The position numbers and the translations under genes were made by a program. Below, piece by piece: positions 45,613 to 55,471 of a stretch of 64,000 nt of DNA (its first letter is position 1; the number at the start of each line of letters is the position of its first letter). The DNA comes from Bacilli bacterium (GTDB lineage Bacteria > Bacillota_I > Bacilli_A > RFN20 > CAG-288), in NCBI GenBank assembly GCA_022647725.1, contig JALCLG010000001.1, positions 709 to 64,708 on the forward strand, written 5' to 3'. The notes under the pieces are model-generated. The model was not told the origin of the DNA, made no database searches, and saw only the letters and a program-made list of their open reading frames with translations.

Positions 45613-47694
45613 ATGAGTGTCAATCAAACCCTTTGTCGCCTGCGCAGCGAAAAAGGCCTGTCGCGGAAAGATGTCGCCAAGGCCACGGGCATTCCTAGCC
45701 TCCGTCTTTGTTTATATGAGCAAGGTTATCTGGCTCTCCCGCGTTATCTGATTCCCTGTCTTTGTCAGTTCTATCAGGTAACACCTGAGGCTTTTGCTGA
45801 TCCCTTGGGCTATCCTACCCCGTGTTTCGATAATGTGAAGAAGCCACTCCCGCCGTTTGTTCAGAAAGCCCAGAAAATTTTCTTCTCTTGGATCAACTGG
45901 TTTATTTCACTGGCCTTGTTTTTAGTGACCGTCGCCCTCCTGATTGACGGAGGGGTCACCTTAGCCTATGCCAACAAGAAACTGCCCAGCTTCTATTCCG
46001 AGGATTATGTCACTTTGGTTAACTATGTCTCCTCCCATGGAGAGGAGAGCCTTTTAGGGGACGGCAAAACTCTGACCTATCAGCCGGAAGGAACTGACCT
46101 CTTCTATGTCGAGACCTCCACTTCCTCACAGGGCTTAGCCTCAACCCAGTTCCAAGTCGAACTGACAGGCGATGCTTCGAAGCTGACCTTCATTTACGAA
46201 ATGTCCGCACTGGGTTTTTCCTTCAAGGATGAGGATACTACCGAAGAAAAAACGACCTATCAAGGCTACGGCAAGATCGAAAACACGCTCTATCAGATCA
46301 CGGCCTTGATGGACGGCTCTGGAAACGATGTCAGCGATGCTAACGCCTTGGCTTCCGAGCAAAAAAGGATGACGGGATGCTATGAGAAAGCTTCTGCCCT
46401 CTTCGAAGGCTTTAAAAAAGATGCTTCCTTAACTTTCAACTCTGATTTCCACACATTGCTCGCCGTGGAGGTCAAAGGAAACCAGACCCGAGAATCTATG
46501 ACCGGTTGGGCGAATCATCTCTTAGTCATTCCGTCCTTGCTGGGAGTGGTTTTCTTCTTTTCAACCATTGCCATCCTCTGTGGGATTCTCATCCGAAAGA
46601 AGAAGCAGGAATCCATTCCTGAACTGGAAACCGTTGCTCCGGAATCATTGATCTCTGAGAATTCCAAGATGGTCAAGACCCGGGACTTCAAACCATTGCA
46701 TCCGAATATGAAGGTGACACCATTCCTCCCGGAGACGTTCTTGCGGATTTCAGGCATAGTGCTGATGGCGGTCTCTTCCGCTTTGCTGTTCCAGCTCATT
46801 CTGAAATTCACGGCTGCCGATGATATCTTCTCCTTGTTGCTTTTGGCCGATCAGGCCTTGAGCTGGTATCAGCTGATGCCCTATGTTGCCGCCGCTTCCC
46901 TTTTATGGTTCTTTGTCCGTTTGGAGATCCTGCAGAGCGAACACTACAACGTTCTTCCCAGCATCCTGATGTTCTTCTGCTTCGGTGTCCTCTATTATGT
47001 GTTTGACCTTGTTTTAGGATATTATCTGGATCAGTCCAGCGATGTCTATCACAATTTGCTCTTCACGGTCTTTACCCAGGTGATGCCAGGCAACCTTTTC
47101 TGGGGCATCGGCTGCTTTGCCCTGATTGTCCTTTTCCTGATGACGACCCCTACCTTCAAGAACAAGGCTCAGCTAGTTTTATGGCGGCTTTTGTCTCTTC
47201 TGCCCATTGGCTATCTGGCTTTCTCCTATTTCTATGCGGTCGGGACCAGCCTCTGGAACTGGCCGAGTTGGCCGGATGTCTTCAGTAAGCTGCTTTTCCG
47301 CAAGCAGTTTGCGGCTACCTTCTTTGCTATCTTCTATCCGCTGTCCATCGGACTTTACCGCTTTATCGTCTACCGGAAATACGGCAAAGACCAAGCCGAG
47401 ATGTACTTCCATGGCAACCGCTATTTCTTCATCAAGAACCTGATCGCCTGCGGCTGGATTGGCCTGATTTGCCTCTTCTGCTATCTCGCCCAGGGAACGG
47501 CTTATCTGAAGACCATGGGATTAAGTCAGGGTTACTACTTAGCCTATCTGATTCCGTTCATTCTGTTCTACCATCCGCACTTAGGAAAACGTAATCTGGT
47601 CCTGGATGAGGTGATTACCCTGTTCTATGTCCTCTCGCTCTCCTTCGCCTACCTCTATATTGCGAAAATTCTTCTGATCGATATTCCTGCTTGA
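45613..47694 (+). CDS. XRE-type HTH fused to a large polytopic membrane domain (693 aa)
   Basis: The N-terminus LRSEKGLSRKDVAKATGIPSLRLCLYEQG is followed by about 10-12 hydrophobic segments. Confidence 0.75.
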   Translation: MSVNQTLCRLRSEKGLSRKDVAKATGIPSLRLCLYEQGYLALPRYLIPCLCQFYQVTPEAFADPLGYPTPCFDNVKKPLPPFVQKAQKIFFSWINWFISLALFLVTVALLIDGGVTLAYANKKLPSFYSEDYVTLVNYVSSHGEESLLGDGKTLTYQPEGTDLFYVETSTSSQGLASTQFQVELTGDASKLTFIYEMSALGFSFKDEDTTEEKTTYQGYGKIENTLYQITALMDGSGNDVSDANALASEQKRMTGCYEKASALFEGFKKDASLTFNSDFHTLLAVEVKGNQTRESMTGWANHLLVIPSLLGVVFFFSTIAILCGILIRKKKQESIPELETVAPESLISENSKMVKTRDFKPLHPNMKVTPFLPETFLRISGIVLMAVSSALLFQLILKFTAADDIFSLLLLADQALSWYQLMPYVAAASLLWFFVRLEILQSEHYNVLPSILMFFCFGVLYYVFDLVLGYYLDQSSDVYHNLLFTVFTQVMPGNLFWGIGCFALIVLFLMTTPTFKNKAQLVLWRLLSLLPIGYLAFSYFYAVGTSLWNWPSWPDVFSKLLFRKQFAATFFAIFYPLSIGLYRFIVYRKYGKDQAEMYFHGNRYFFIKNLIACGWIGLICLFCYLAQGTAYLKTMGLSQGYYLAYLIPFILFYHPHLGKRNLVLDEVITLFYVLSLSFAYLYIAKILLIDIPA

Positions 47695-47708
47695 AAGGAG
47701 GACGGCTT

Positions 47709-48350
47709 ATGGAAGAGAAAATGGTGTATTGGGACAAGCGGAAGGTTGCGGCGTTGGTGCAGACGGTCATTGCCTTTGGCATTTATCTGGGAATTTCCAT
47801 TTATGCCATTGTCCTCGCGGTGCAGCTTAACGTCGCTATCGACATCGAGACCATGACCCTTTTTATCTTGCAGGTGCTGGCCTTCCTTCTGTTGATTGTC
47901 GGCATGCTGCTTAAAAAAGAGAGTCTGATCATCGCCACCTTGGTGGCGGCCTTAGCCGGATCGGTGGCATCCTATTTTTCCACGGACGTGTCCACCTTCA
48001 AGCACCTCGGTGATATCTCGGGGCTGGGCTGGGCACTCGGGGGTTATGTCGTGACCGCCTTGGTCGCAGATATCGTCTTAGCCTTAGGGACGGTCTTCCT
48101 GTTATGGGTTTTAGTCAGAGGAGACGGCAAGACAGCTGATAAGAGAACCAAGATTGTCTTCTATATTTATGGGGCTCTGTCCTTATTGGGAATCGGCTTT
48201 GCCAGTGGGGTGGTTGCCACCCAAAATGACAATGCCTATTTCCTTTTAACCCCCTTAGATAATGTTGCTGCTGCTTTCAGTTTCATCGCCAGCATTTTGG
48301 CTTTCTGCTATCCGAAGAAATCGGTCCGCAAGACCGCGGAAGGGAGGTAG
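47709..48350 (+). CDS. Polytopic membrane protein, function unknown
   Basis: AAAGGAGG RBS. Six or so hydrophobic segments are present. Confidence 0.7.
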   Translation: MEEKMVYWDKRKVAALVQTVIAFGIYLGISIYAIVLAVQLNVAIDIETMTLFILQVLAFLLLIVGMLLKKESLIIATLVAALAGSVASYFSTDVSTFKHLGDISGLGWALGGYVVTALVADIVLALGTVFLLWVLVRGDGKTADKRTKIVFYIYGALSLLGIGFASGVVATQNDNAYFLLTPLDNVAAAFSFIASILAFCYPKKSVRKTAEGR

Positions 48351-48356
48351 GCTTTT

Positions 48357-48956
48357 ATGACAAAGAATGACGATAAAAAAATTCGGGACAACGCCATTGC
48401 CAACATTGATTCCGTCTTGAACCAGTATCAGTCGAACTGCGGAAGCCTGGCCTTTAAGGAAGAGGATGGCCATGTGAGTCTTACCGTCGATCTGAAGGCT
48501 GTCAGTCTTTACAAGGACTGCTCCAACAGCGCCCTTCTCAACGAAGACATCTATGATTTCGCTGAGGACATCTCCCGTTATTTCGATAAGCCAAAAGATC
48601 TAACCCTTAATTTTCTTTTTGCTGACGGGACTTCTTTGGAAGATCAGGAACGGGTAAAGACAATCTTCAAAGCCCACTATGCCAGCCAATACAAAGCCTT
48701 GAAAGAAAAACTCCAGAAGCAGCTGATTCTCGCCTTAGGGTTTGTCTTCATCGGCTTTATCCTCTTAACCATTCACCTGGCTTATACCGCCTACAACAGC
48801 GACTCCGTCTATGGCGAGATTATCGATATCTTTGCCTGGGTTCTGATCTGGGAGGCGGCGGAAACCCTGTTCGTCAATTCGCTTGATAATCAGACGGACC
48901 TAAAAAAATATCTGCTATTCTATCTGGCCAAGCCAAGCACCCCATCAGCGAAGTAA
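48357..48956 (+). CDS. Hypothetical protein with two C-terminal TM segments
   Basis: The gene is tightly spaced after 47709-48350 and has a clean ORF. Confidence 0.65.
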   Translation: MTKNDDKKIRDNAIANIDSVLNQYQSNCGSLAFKEEDGHVSLTVDLKAVSLYKDCSNSALLNEDIYDFAEDISRYFDKPKDLTLNFLFADGTSLEDQERVKTIFKAHYASQYKALKEKLQKQLILALGFVFIGFILLTIHLAYTAYNSDSVYGEIIDIFAWVLIWEAAETLFVNSLDNQTDLKKYLLFYLAKPSTPSAK

Positions 48957-49494
48957 AAAGACAAAGAAAGAAATTTATTTTTTCTGCCGGCAAGGCTACA
49001 GAAAAAATCTGCCAACAGGAAGCTAGAAGAATTAGGCACACCAACGAAAACCCTTTCATTTCACTTAATTTATTTCGAAATTTGACTTCTTTTCATATTT
49101 TTATCTATTTTTGTAAGAAAATAAGAGATTCCGCCTATTTTGATTGTGTTAAAAGGAAGTCAAGAGGCACACCACGAAATATTTCCGCGCCTCAAATGTG
49201 CCAAGAGCACACCTATGTAAAAGCCAAAAATTCAGGGCGATTAAAAGGAATAAAAATGAAATATCAAAGGATTTTAGTTTCCTTTATATTTTTCTAAACT
49301 TACAAAATTGTTTATTCATAAAGAATCAATAATTTACTTTATTTTAATAGCTTAACCTTTTCACGGGCTTACCTTATTTATGCTGTCTTTCGGAAAAGAA
49401 GTCGGGGTTACCGGGCTTTAGAAAATTGCCAAAGCAGTCAAAGGCTTGAACTTTAGAATGTGTCACCCAAAAGGGTGTGCACGCGCAACCTTTT

Positions 49495-49509
49495 TTGTAA
49501 GCGTTTCCA
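49495..49509 (+). promoter_or_regulatory. cre-like / LacI-family operator TTGTAAGCGTTTCCA
   Basis: It fits WTGNAANCGNWNNCW and lies 40 nt upstream of the LacI-family gene start. Confidence 0.4.
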
Positions 49510-49549
49510 AAACGCGACTAAAATATTGCCAAGCCAGGGGAAACTAACG

Positions 49550-50554
49550 ATGACGATTAAAGAAATCGCTCGGCTGGCCAATACTTCGCGGGGTACAGTT
49601 GACCGCGTCATCAACAAGCGCGGGAAAGTATCCGAAGAAGTTGAGCAGCGGGTGCTGAAGATCATCCAAGAGACGGGGTACATTCCCAATGAGAATGGGA
49701 AACTCCTTTCTTTAAGTAATCAAAAAATCCAGATCAGCATCATCATCGGTTCGCTTAACAACACTTTCTTCAATTCTATCCTTGAAGGCATCAAGCAGGC
49801 CTTAGCAACCAAGTATCGTTACTCCGGAATCAATATTGAAATCTTCTCCGTCAAGCTCTTCGACGATACCAGTGTCCTTGACGCTCTCTCCAAGATCAGC
49901 AAGAAGTCCAGGCTTCTCATCATCTCCACTTCCGGCAACGAGCAGATCATTAAGAAAATCAATTCCTTGTCGATACCCGTCATTGCCGTCAGCCTTGACG
50001 TCAATGTCAAACGGAAGGTTGGATTCGTTGGCTGCAACTTCACCAATTCCGGTGCCTTAACTGCCGACGTCGTCAATCTGATCAGCAAGCCGGAAGATCC
50101 CGTTGGCATTCTCTTAGGTTCCTACTCCCATCCGGGTCACAGCGAACGGCTGATGGGCTTCAACGATAACGTCCGCAAAGACATTGTGCTCTTCACCCCG
50201 GTGGAAACCTTCGATGACGATGCCATCAGCTATGACCGCACCGAAAAGCTCCTACGAGAAAAGCATCCGGCGCTGGTTGTCTTCTTCGGCGGAGGCATGG
50301 TGGGCGGTCTGAAAGCCATTCAGGAAGCCAGCTATCGTCCCAAAGTCATCACCGTCGATGAGATTCCGGAAGTGCTGGAAGGGCTGAAATCCGGACTGGT
50401 CAGTGCCTCGGTCACTCAGCATCCCTTCGAGCAAGGACAGGCCTGTATGGATATCGCCTATGACTGTCTGATCAAGAAAGTCACAGCCGAAAAGGACATT
50501 CATCTGAACTGTTCGGTCATCTTCAAAGATTCCGTGATTAATTACGAGGCCTAA
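49550..50554 (+). CDS. LacI family transcriptional regulator
   Basis: MTIKEIARLANTSRGTVDRVINKRGKVS (HTH) is followed by a periplasmic-binding-protein fold. Confidence 0.85.
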   Translation: MTIKEIARLANTSRGTVDRVINKRGKVSEEVEQRVLKIIQETGYIPNENGKLLSLSNQKIQISIIIGSLNNTFFNSILEGIKQALATKYRYSGINIEIFSVKLFDDTSVLDALSKISKKSRLLIISTSGNEQIIKKINSLSIPVIAVSLDVNVKRKVGFVGCNFTNSGALTADVVNLISKPEDPVGILLGSYSHPGHSERLMGFNDNVRKDIVLFTPVETFDDDAISYDRTEKLLREKHPALVVFFGGGMVGGLKAIQEASYRPKVITVDEIPEVLEGLKSGLVSASVTQHPFEQGQACMDIAYDCLIKKVTAEKDIHLNCSVIFKDSVINYEA

Positions 50555-50570
50555 AGAAAGGAGAAAGGTT

Positions 50571-51569
50571 ATGGGAAACAGAACCGTATCGCTGGTGACC
50601 GGCCAATGGTCGGATATGAGTCTCGAAGAAATCTGCAAAACTGCCAAATCCTTAGGCTACGACGGCCTGGAATTAGCTGCCTGGGGCAAGACCTTCAGCA
50701 TTGAAAAAGCCTATGCCGATCCCACCTATCTCAAGAAAGCCAAGAAGATCGTCAAAGACAATGGTTTAGTCATCTCGACCTTATCGACCCATATCATTGG
50801 TCAGTGCGTGTCCGATCTTCCGGATCCCCGTCTCAACAACTTTGCTCCGAAACAAGACAAAGACAAACCGGAGGCTATCCGGGCTTGGGCTATCGAGACG
50901 ATGAAGAAATCGGCTTTTGTTGCCCATGAGCTGGGTGTCAAAGTCATCTCCGGCTTCACAGGTTCTCCTTTATGGCGTTATTTCTACTCCTATCCGCAGA
51001 CTACCAAAGAGATGATCGATGCGGGCTTTGACCAAGTTCGTCAAGATTGGCTTCCGATTCTCGATGAGTTCCGCAAGTATGATCTGAAGTTTGCTTTGGA
51101 AGTCCATCCAGGAGAGATTGCCTTCGATTACTATTCCGCAAAACGCATCCTGGAGACCTTCAAGGATCGTCCCGAGTTTGGTTTGAACTTTGATCCTTCC
51201 CATCTGCTTTGGCAGGGAATCCGTCCGGATCTCTTCTTAGAGGACTTCATTGACCGGGTCTATAACGTCCATATGAAGGATGTGAAGATCAGTTTTGATG
51301 GTCGCAACGGACTCTTAGGTTCCTATCTGGATTTCGGTTCCCGTTCCCGGGCCTGGAACTTCAGAAGCTTAGGCCACGGCGATGTCAACTTCGAAGAAAT
51401 CATCCGAGTCCTCAATGCCCATCACTACCAAGGAGCTCTCTGTGTCGAATGGGAAGACAGTGGCATGGACCGCTTAGCCGGAGCTAAGGAAGCCTGTGAG
51501 TTTGTCCGTAAGCTCGACTTCAAGCCTTCCGACATTGCCTTCGATGATGCCATATCCAACGGAAAATAA
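50571..51569 (+). CDS. Sugar phosphate isomerase/epimerase (xylose-isomerase-like TIM barrel)
   Basis: GYDGLELAAWG, ..ALEVHPGEIAFD.. and NFDPSHLLWQG are typical AP endonuclease 2/XylA-like TIM barrel motifs. Confidence 0.8.
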   Translation: MGNRTVSLVTGQWSDMSLEEICKTAKSLGYDGLELAAWGKTFSIEKAYADPTYLKKAKKIVKDNGLVISTLSTHIIGQCVSDLPDPRLNNFAPKQDKDKPEAIRAWAIETMKKSAFVAHELGVKVISGFTGSPLWRYFYSYPQTTKEMIDAGFDQVRQDWLPILDEFRKYDLKFALEVHPGEIAFDYYSAKRILETFKDRPEFGLNFDPSHLLWQGIRPDLFLEDFIDRVYNVHMKDVKISFDGRNGLLGSYLDFGSRSRAWNFRSLGHGDVNFEEIIRVLNAHHYQGALCVEWEDSGMDRLAGAKEACEFVRKLDFKPSDIAFDDAISNGK

Positions 51570-51571
51570 CT

Positions 51572-52720
51572 ATGAAAAACACACTCAATTACGGCATGGT
51601 TGGCGGGGACATCAAAGCTTTCATCGGTGAAGTCCACCGCAAAGCCTTGAGCCTCGATCCACGGGTTCATCTCGTCGCCGGTTCCTTCTCCTCGGATCTT
51701 GCTCTCGGCAAAGAAACTGCCCAAACCTATGGCGTCAGTCCTGACCGCAGCTATGACAGTTATCAGGAGATGGCCGAAAAAGAAAGCCAGCGTCCCGACG
51801 GCATCGACTTCGTCACCATCTGCACCCCCAACTTCCTCCACTATGCCATTGCCAAGGAATTCCTGCTTCACAACATCAATGTCGTCTGCGAAAAGCCGCT
51901 CTGCTTCACCTCGGAGGAAGCCGACGAACTGGAAGCCATCGCCAACGAACGTCATCTTGTCTTCGGCATGACCTACTCCTACACCGGCTACACCATGGTC
52001 AAGATCGCTAAGGAGATGATTGCCAAAGGCGACTTAGGCAAGATCGTCACCGTCAAGATGGAATATCTGCAGGATTGGCTCGTCGATACCCTGGATCCTA
52101 TGAAACAGGAAACCATGAAAGCAAACGTCTGGCGCTCGAATCCGAAATATTCCGGCATCGCCAATACGATTGGCGATATCGGAACCCACTCGGAGGAAAT
52201 GCTTCACTATCTGCTCGGCCGCAAGGTCCAGAGGCTGCTCTGCTGCAAGGATAACTTCGGAATGCCTCTGGAACTGAATGCCGATATTCTCTTGGAATAC
52301 GAGGGCGGCTTAAGAGCCAATCTGATGTGTTCCCAGGTGACCTTAGGCTACGCCAACGGCTTCAGCTTCCGCGTCTTCGGCGACAGGGGTTCCCTCATCT
52401 GGCATCAGGAACAGCCGGATGTCCTCATCTATACGCCCTTACATGAACCTAGCCGGATGATGAAGAAAGGCGATAGCTATCTGAAGAAGTACGAGGCTTC
52501 GTCCAACAGTCGGCTGCCAGTAGGTCATCCGGAAGGCTTCTATACCGCCTTCGCCGATGTCTACCGCAACATTGTCTCCACCATTCTCAAGAAGGCCAAC
52601 GGCCAGGAGCCGAGTGCCAAGGATCTCGACTTCCCGACGGTCAGCGATGGGAAGGAAGGTGTCCGGTTTGTTGAGAAGGCTGTCCTCTCCTCTGCCACCG
52701 AAAGCTGGGTCGAGTTCTAA
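51572..52720 (+). CDS. Gfo/Idh/MocA family oxidoreductase
   Basis: The N-terminal Rossmann region and the EKPL motif (VVCEKPLCFTSEEA) are present. Confidence 0.85.
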   Translation: MKNTLNYGMVGGDIKAFIGEVHRKALSLDPRVHLVAGSFSSDLALGKETAQTYGVSPDRSYDSYQEMAEKESQRPDGIDFVTICTPNFLHYAIAKEFLLHNINVVCEKPLCFTSEEADELEAIANERHLVFGMTYSYTGYTMVKIAKEMIAKGDLGKIVTVKMEYLQDWLVDTLDPMKQETMKANVWRSNPKYSGIANTIGDIGTHSEEMLHYLLGRKVQRLLCCKDNFGMPLELNADILLEYEGGLRANLMCSQVTLGYANGFSFRVFGDRGSLIWHQEQPDVLIYTPLHEPSRMMKKGDSYLKKYEASSNSRLPVGHPEGFYTAFADVYRNIVSTILKKANGQEPSAKDLDFPTVSDGKEGVRFVEKAVLSSATESWVEF

Positions 52721-52779
52721 CTTGTGTTTTATGGCTTCGGCCATGAAATAGCCTAATCATTAGAAAGGAGAAACTGAAA

Positions 52780-53889
52780 ATGAAAGGCAAGCTGATTCGT
52801 AGTTTAGCTGTTGTTGCGATGTTAGCGACTTTGGTCTCTTGCAACAAGACGACGTCGACTGCGACATCCACGACAAGCACTGCCACCTCCACATCTACTG
52901 TCGCTGCGAAGAAGGAAGTCTCCATTCTCATTCCGTCGGCGGATCATGGTTGGTCGGGAGCAGTCGTCACCTACGCTCAGGAACACGCCAAGACCCTCAA
53001 TGCTGCCAGCACCAAGTACAACTACGTCGTTTACACGTCCAACACCGATGAAGAGCAGCAGAACAAGGTCGATGACCTGATTGCCAAGAAGGATACCTTA
53101 GCCGGTATCGTCATCAATCCTTATTCCAACGCCGTCGAGTCCTCCATCACCAAGATCGCCAATTCGAAGATTCCGTTCACGATGTTCGATCGTATCATCA
53201 CCAATGACACCGTCACCGCTGCCACCAACCATATCTCGGATGTCAAGGGCGACAATACCTCCATCGGCACCGTCACGGCCAAGAAGTACATCGCGTTAGG
53301 TCTGACCACGACCGATAAGGTCCTGGTCATGCCGGGCGACAATTCTTCCGTTCCGACCAGCCGTACTCAGGGCTTCACGGATGCCTTGAAGGCTGCCGGC
53401 TGGACCGATGCTCAGATCAAGAGCAACGTCGTTTCCACCGATTACACCGGTTGGTCTCGTGATAAAGCCAAGGAGCTCTTCACTTCCTGGATGAGTAGCG
53501 ACATCACCGACTATAAGTGGATTTACACCCATGATGATGAAATCTTCTGCGGTATCTTCGAAGCCTTAGCTGGCACGACCATCACGGATGACAAGAAGGC
53601 TACCTTCAAAGCCAACATCAAGGCGATCAACGGCTGCGGCGGTCTGGAAGAAATGTTCCAGATTATGCGTGGCGATCATCCGCGGAGCACGACTTACAAC
53701 AACCTCGTCTCTTCTTCCTGTGCCTTAATGTGTGCCACCTATGATCCTGCCATGATCAACACGGCCATCGACGATATGGCGGATTACTTAGCCGGCAAGA
53801 GTGTGACCAAGGATCACGTCATTGCTTCTGAGATCATCGACAAGTCGAACCTTGGCACGAAAGTCGGTTTCGGCGGTAAGGTCAGTTAG
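52780..53889 (+). CDS. ABC sugar-binding lipoprotein (RbsB-like periplasmic binding protein type I)
   Basis: The signal with lipobox reads AMLATLVSC, followed by a T/S-rich linker and a PBP fold. Confidence 0.8.
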   Translation: MKGKLIRSLAVVAMLATLVSCNKTTSTATSTTSTATSTSTVAAKKEVSILIPSADHGWSGAVVTYAQEHAKTLNAASTKYNYVVYTSNTDEEQQNKVDDLIAKKDTLAGIVINPYSNAVESSITKIANSKIPFTMFDRIITNDTVTAATNHISDVKGDNTSIGTVTAKKYIALGLTTTDKVLVMPGDNSSVPTSRTQGFTDALKAAGWTDAQIKSNVVSTDYTGWSRDKAKELFTSWMSSDITDYKWIYTHDDEIFCGIFEALAGTTITDDKKATFKANIKAINGCGGLEEMFQIMRGDHPRSTTYNNLVSSSCALMCATYDPAMINTAIDDMADYLAGKSVTKDHVIASEIIDKSNLGTKVGFGGKVS

Positions 53890-53911
53890 TTAACTTCGCT
53901 ATCCTGTCGTT

Positions 53912-53950
53912 CCGGCAGCGGTCATGTCCTCTCGCCGCTGCCGGTTTATT
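53912..53950 (+). terminator. Perfect 10-bp GC hairpin with a short T tract between the binding-protein and ATPase genes (intra-operon attenuator)
   Basis: CCGGCAGCGG (53912-53921) pairs with CCGCTGCCGG (53935-53944), followed by TTTATT. Confidence 0.5.
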
Positions 53951-53974
53951 GAAAACGTTGAAAGGAGACTTGCT

Positions 53975-55471
53975 GTGCTGAAACTTGAAATGACGGATAT
54001 CAGTAAATCCTTCTTCGGAGTCCAGGTCCTGCACCAGGTTTCTTTACGGGTGGAAAAAGGAACCATTCATGCCCTGATCGGCGAGAATGGTGCCGGCAAG
54101 TCCACGTTGATGAATATCCTCGGAGGCGTCTATTCCCTGGATAACGGCATCGTCAAGGTCGATGAGAAGGATGTTCATGACCTGACGGTCCGCAAAGCCG
54201 AGGCGCTCGGCATTGCTTTCGTTCACCAGGAAGTCAATCTGTTCAATGACTTGTTGGTGTATGAAAACATCTTCATGGGCAAAGAGCTGACCAAGCACGG
54301 TCTGCTGAATCGCAAGGAAATGATTCAGCGAACGAATGCTCTTTTTGCCGATTTGCACGTTGATATGAAAGCCACTGATCTGGTCGGCACCTTGTCGACG
54401 GGAAAAAGCAGCTGCTTGGAGATTGCCAAAGCCTTGTTCTGCAAGGCTTCTCTTTTCATTCTTGACGAACCGACCACGGCCTTGTCCAATGAGGAAATCA
54501 ATAATCTCTTCCGCATCATCAACGAACTCAAGGCTCAGGGCAATACCTTCATCTTCATTTCCCATAAAATGCCGGAGATCTTCCGTCTCTGCGATGACTA
54601 TACCGTCCTCCGCAACGGCGAGATGGTCCTTTCCGGACACCTGAAGGATACCAATCCGCAGGAAGTCACCAAGGCAATCGTGGGTGAGAAATATCAAAAC
54701 AAAGAAGTCTATGCCTCACGGGAATTAGGGCCGGTCTGTTTAAGGCTTGTCAATTATTCCGGAGAAGGCTTTTCCAACATCAATTTGGAAGTTCACCAGG
54801 GCGAGATCATCGGCTTTACCGGTCTGCATGGCTCGGGCAGCAGTGAATTGATGCAGGCAATGTTCGGCATCACCAAAGCCACCTCCGGCGAGTTCATTGC
54901 CAATCAGAAGTCCTTGACCGGGGCTTCGGTGAAGAAGGTCATGCAGAATCATATCGGCATGGTCCCGGCCAACCGCAAGGAGAATTCCGTTTTCGGCGAT
55001 CTGAACCTCTTGGACAATCTCTGCATTGCTGATTTCTCCGTCGAGCCGGGTCCCTTGTTCCATCTGCGGCGTGAAGAAAAGCAGTTCGGACGCTACCAGG
55101 ATGAGTTGGCTATTAAAGCCAATTCCCAGAAAGATCTGCTTTTATCCCTGTCTGGCGGCAACCAGCAAAAGGTCATCATCGCCCGCTGGCTCAAGACGAA
55201 TGCCGATATCCTGTTGTTGGATAATCCGACCCAGGGCATCGATGTCGGTGCCAAGAACGAAATCTACCGCCTGCTGATCCAGTTGGCACAAAGCGGCAAG
55301 ACCATCCTTTTCAATACGTTGGAGATTCCTGAAATCCAGAAATGTGCGGACCGCTGCGTTGTCTTCTACCACGGCCGGATTGAAGCCGTGCTGGAGCGAA
55401 ATGAGATCAGTGATGAGAAAGTGATGATGTATGCGACCCACGCAAATAAAGTAGGAGGAGACAAACAATGA
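53975..55471 (+). CDS. Sugar ABC transporter ATP-binding protein (duplicated ATPase, RbsA/MglA-like)
   Basis: AAAGGAGA RBS sits 7 nt before the GTG start. GENGAGKST is present along with a second nucleotide-binding domain. Confidence 0.85.
   Translation: MLKLEMTDISKSFFGVQVLHQVSLRVEKGTIHALIGENGAGKSTLMNILGGVYSLDNGIVKVDEKDVHDLTVRKAEALGIAFVHQEVNLFNDLLVYENIFMGKELTKHGLLNRKEMIQRTNALFADLHVDMKATDLVGTLSTGKSSCLEIAKALFCKASLFILDEPTTALSNEEINNLFRIINELKAQGNTFIFISHKMPEIFRLCDDYTVLRNGEMVLSGHLKDTNPQEVTKAIVGEKYQNKEVYASRELGPVCLRLVNYSGEGFSNINLEVHQGEIIGFTGLHGSGSSELMQAMFGITKATSGEFIANQKSLTGASVKKVMQNHIGMVPANRKENSVFGDLNLLDNLCIADFSVEPGPLFHLRREEKQFGRYQDELAIKANSQKDLLLSLSGGNQQKVIIARWLKTNADILLLDNPTQGIDVGAKNEIYRLLIQLAQSGKTILFNTLEIPEIQKCADRCVVFYHGRIEAVLERNEISDEKVMMYATHANKVGGDKQ

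Noticed and set aside
49035-49215. Repeated GGCACACC(A)ACGAAA-like words (49035, 49165, 49204, inverted near 49475) in the long AT-rich spacer before the LacI cluster.
   Set aside because: There are only three loose copies with irregular spacing and no associated ORF or hairpin. They may be regulator sites or remnants, but the evidence is too thin to call.
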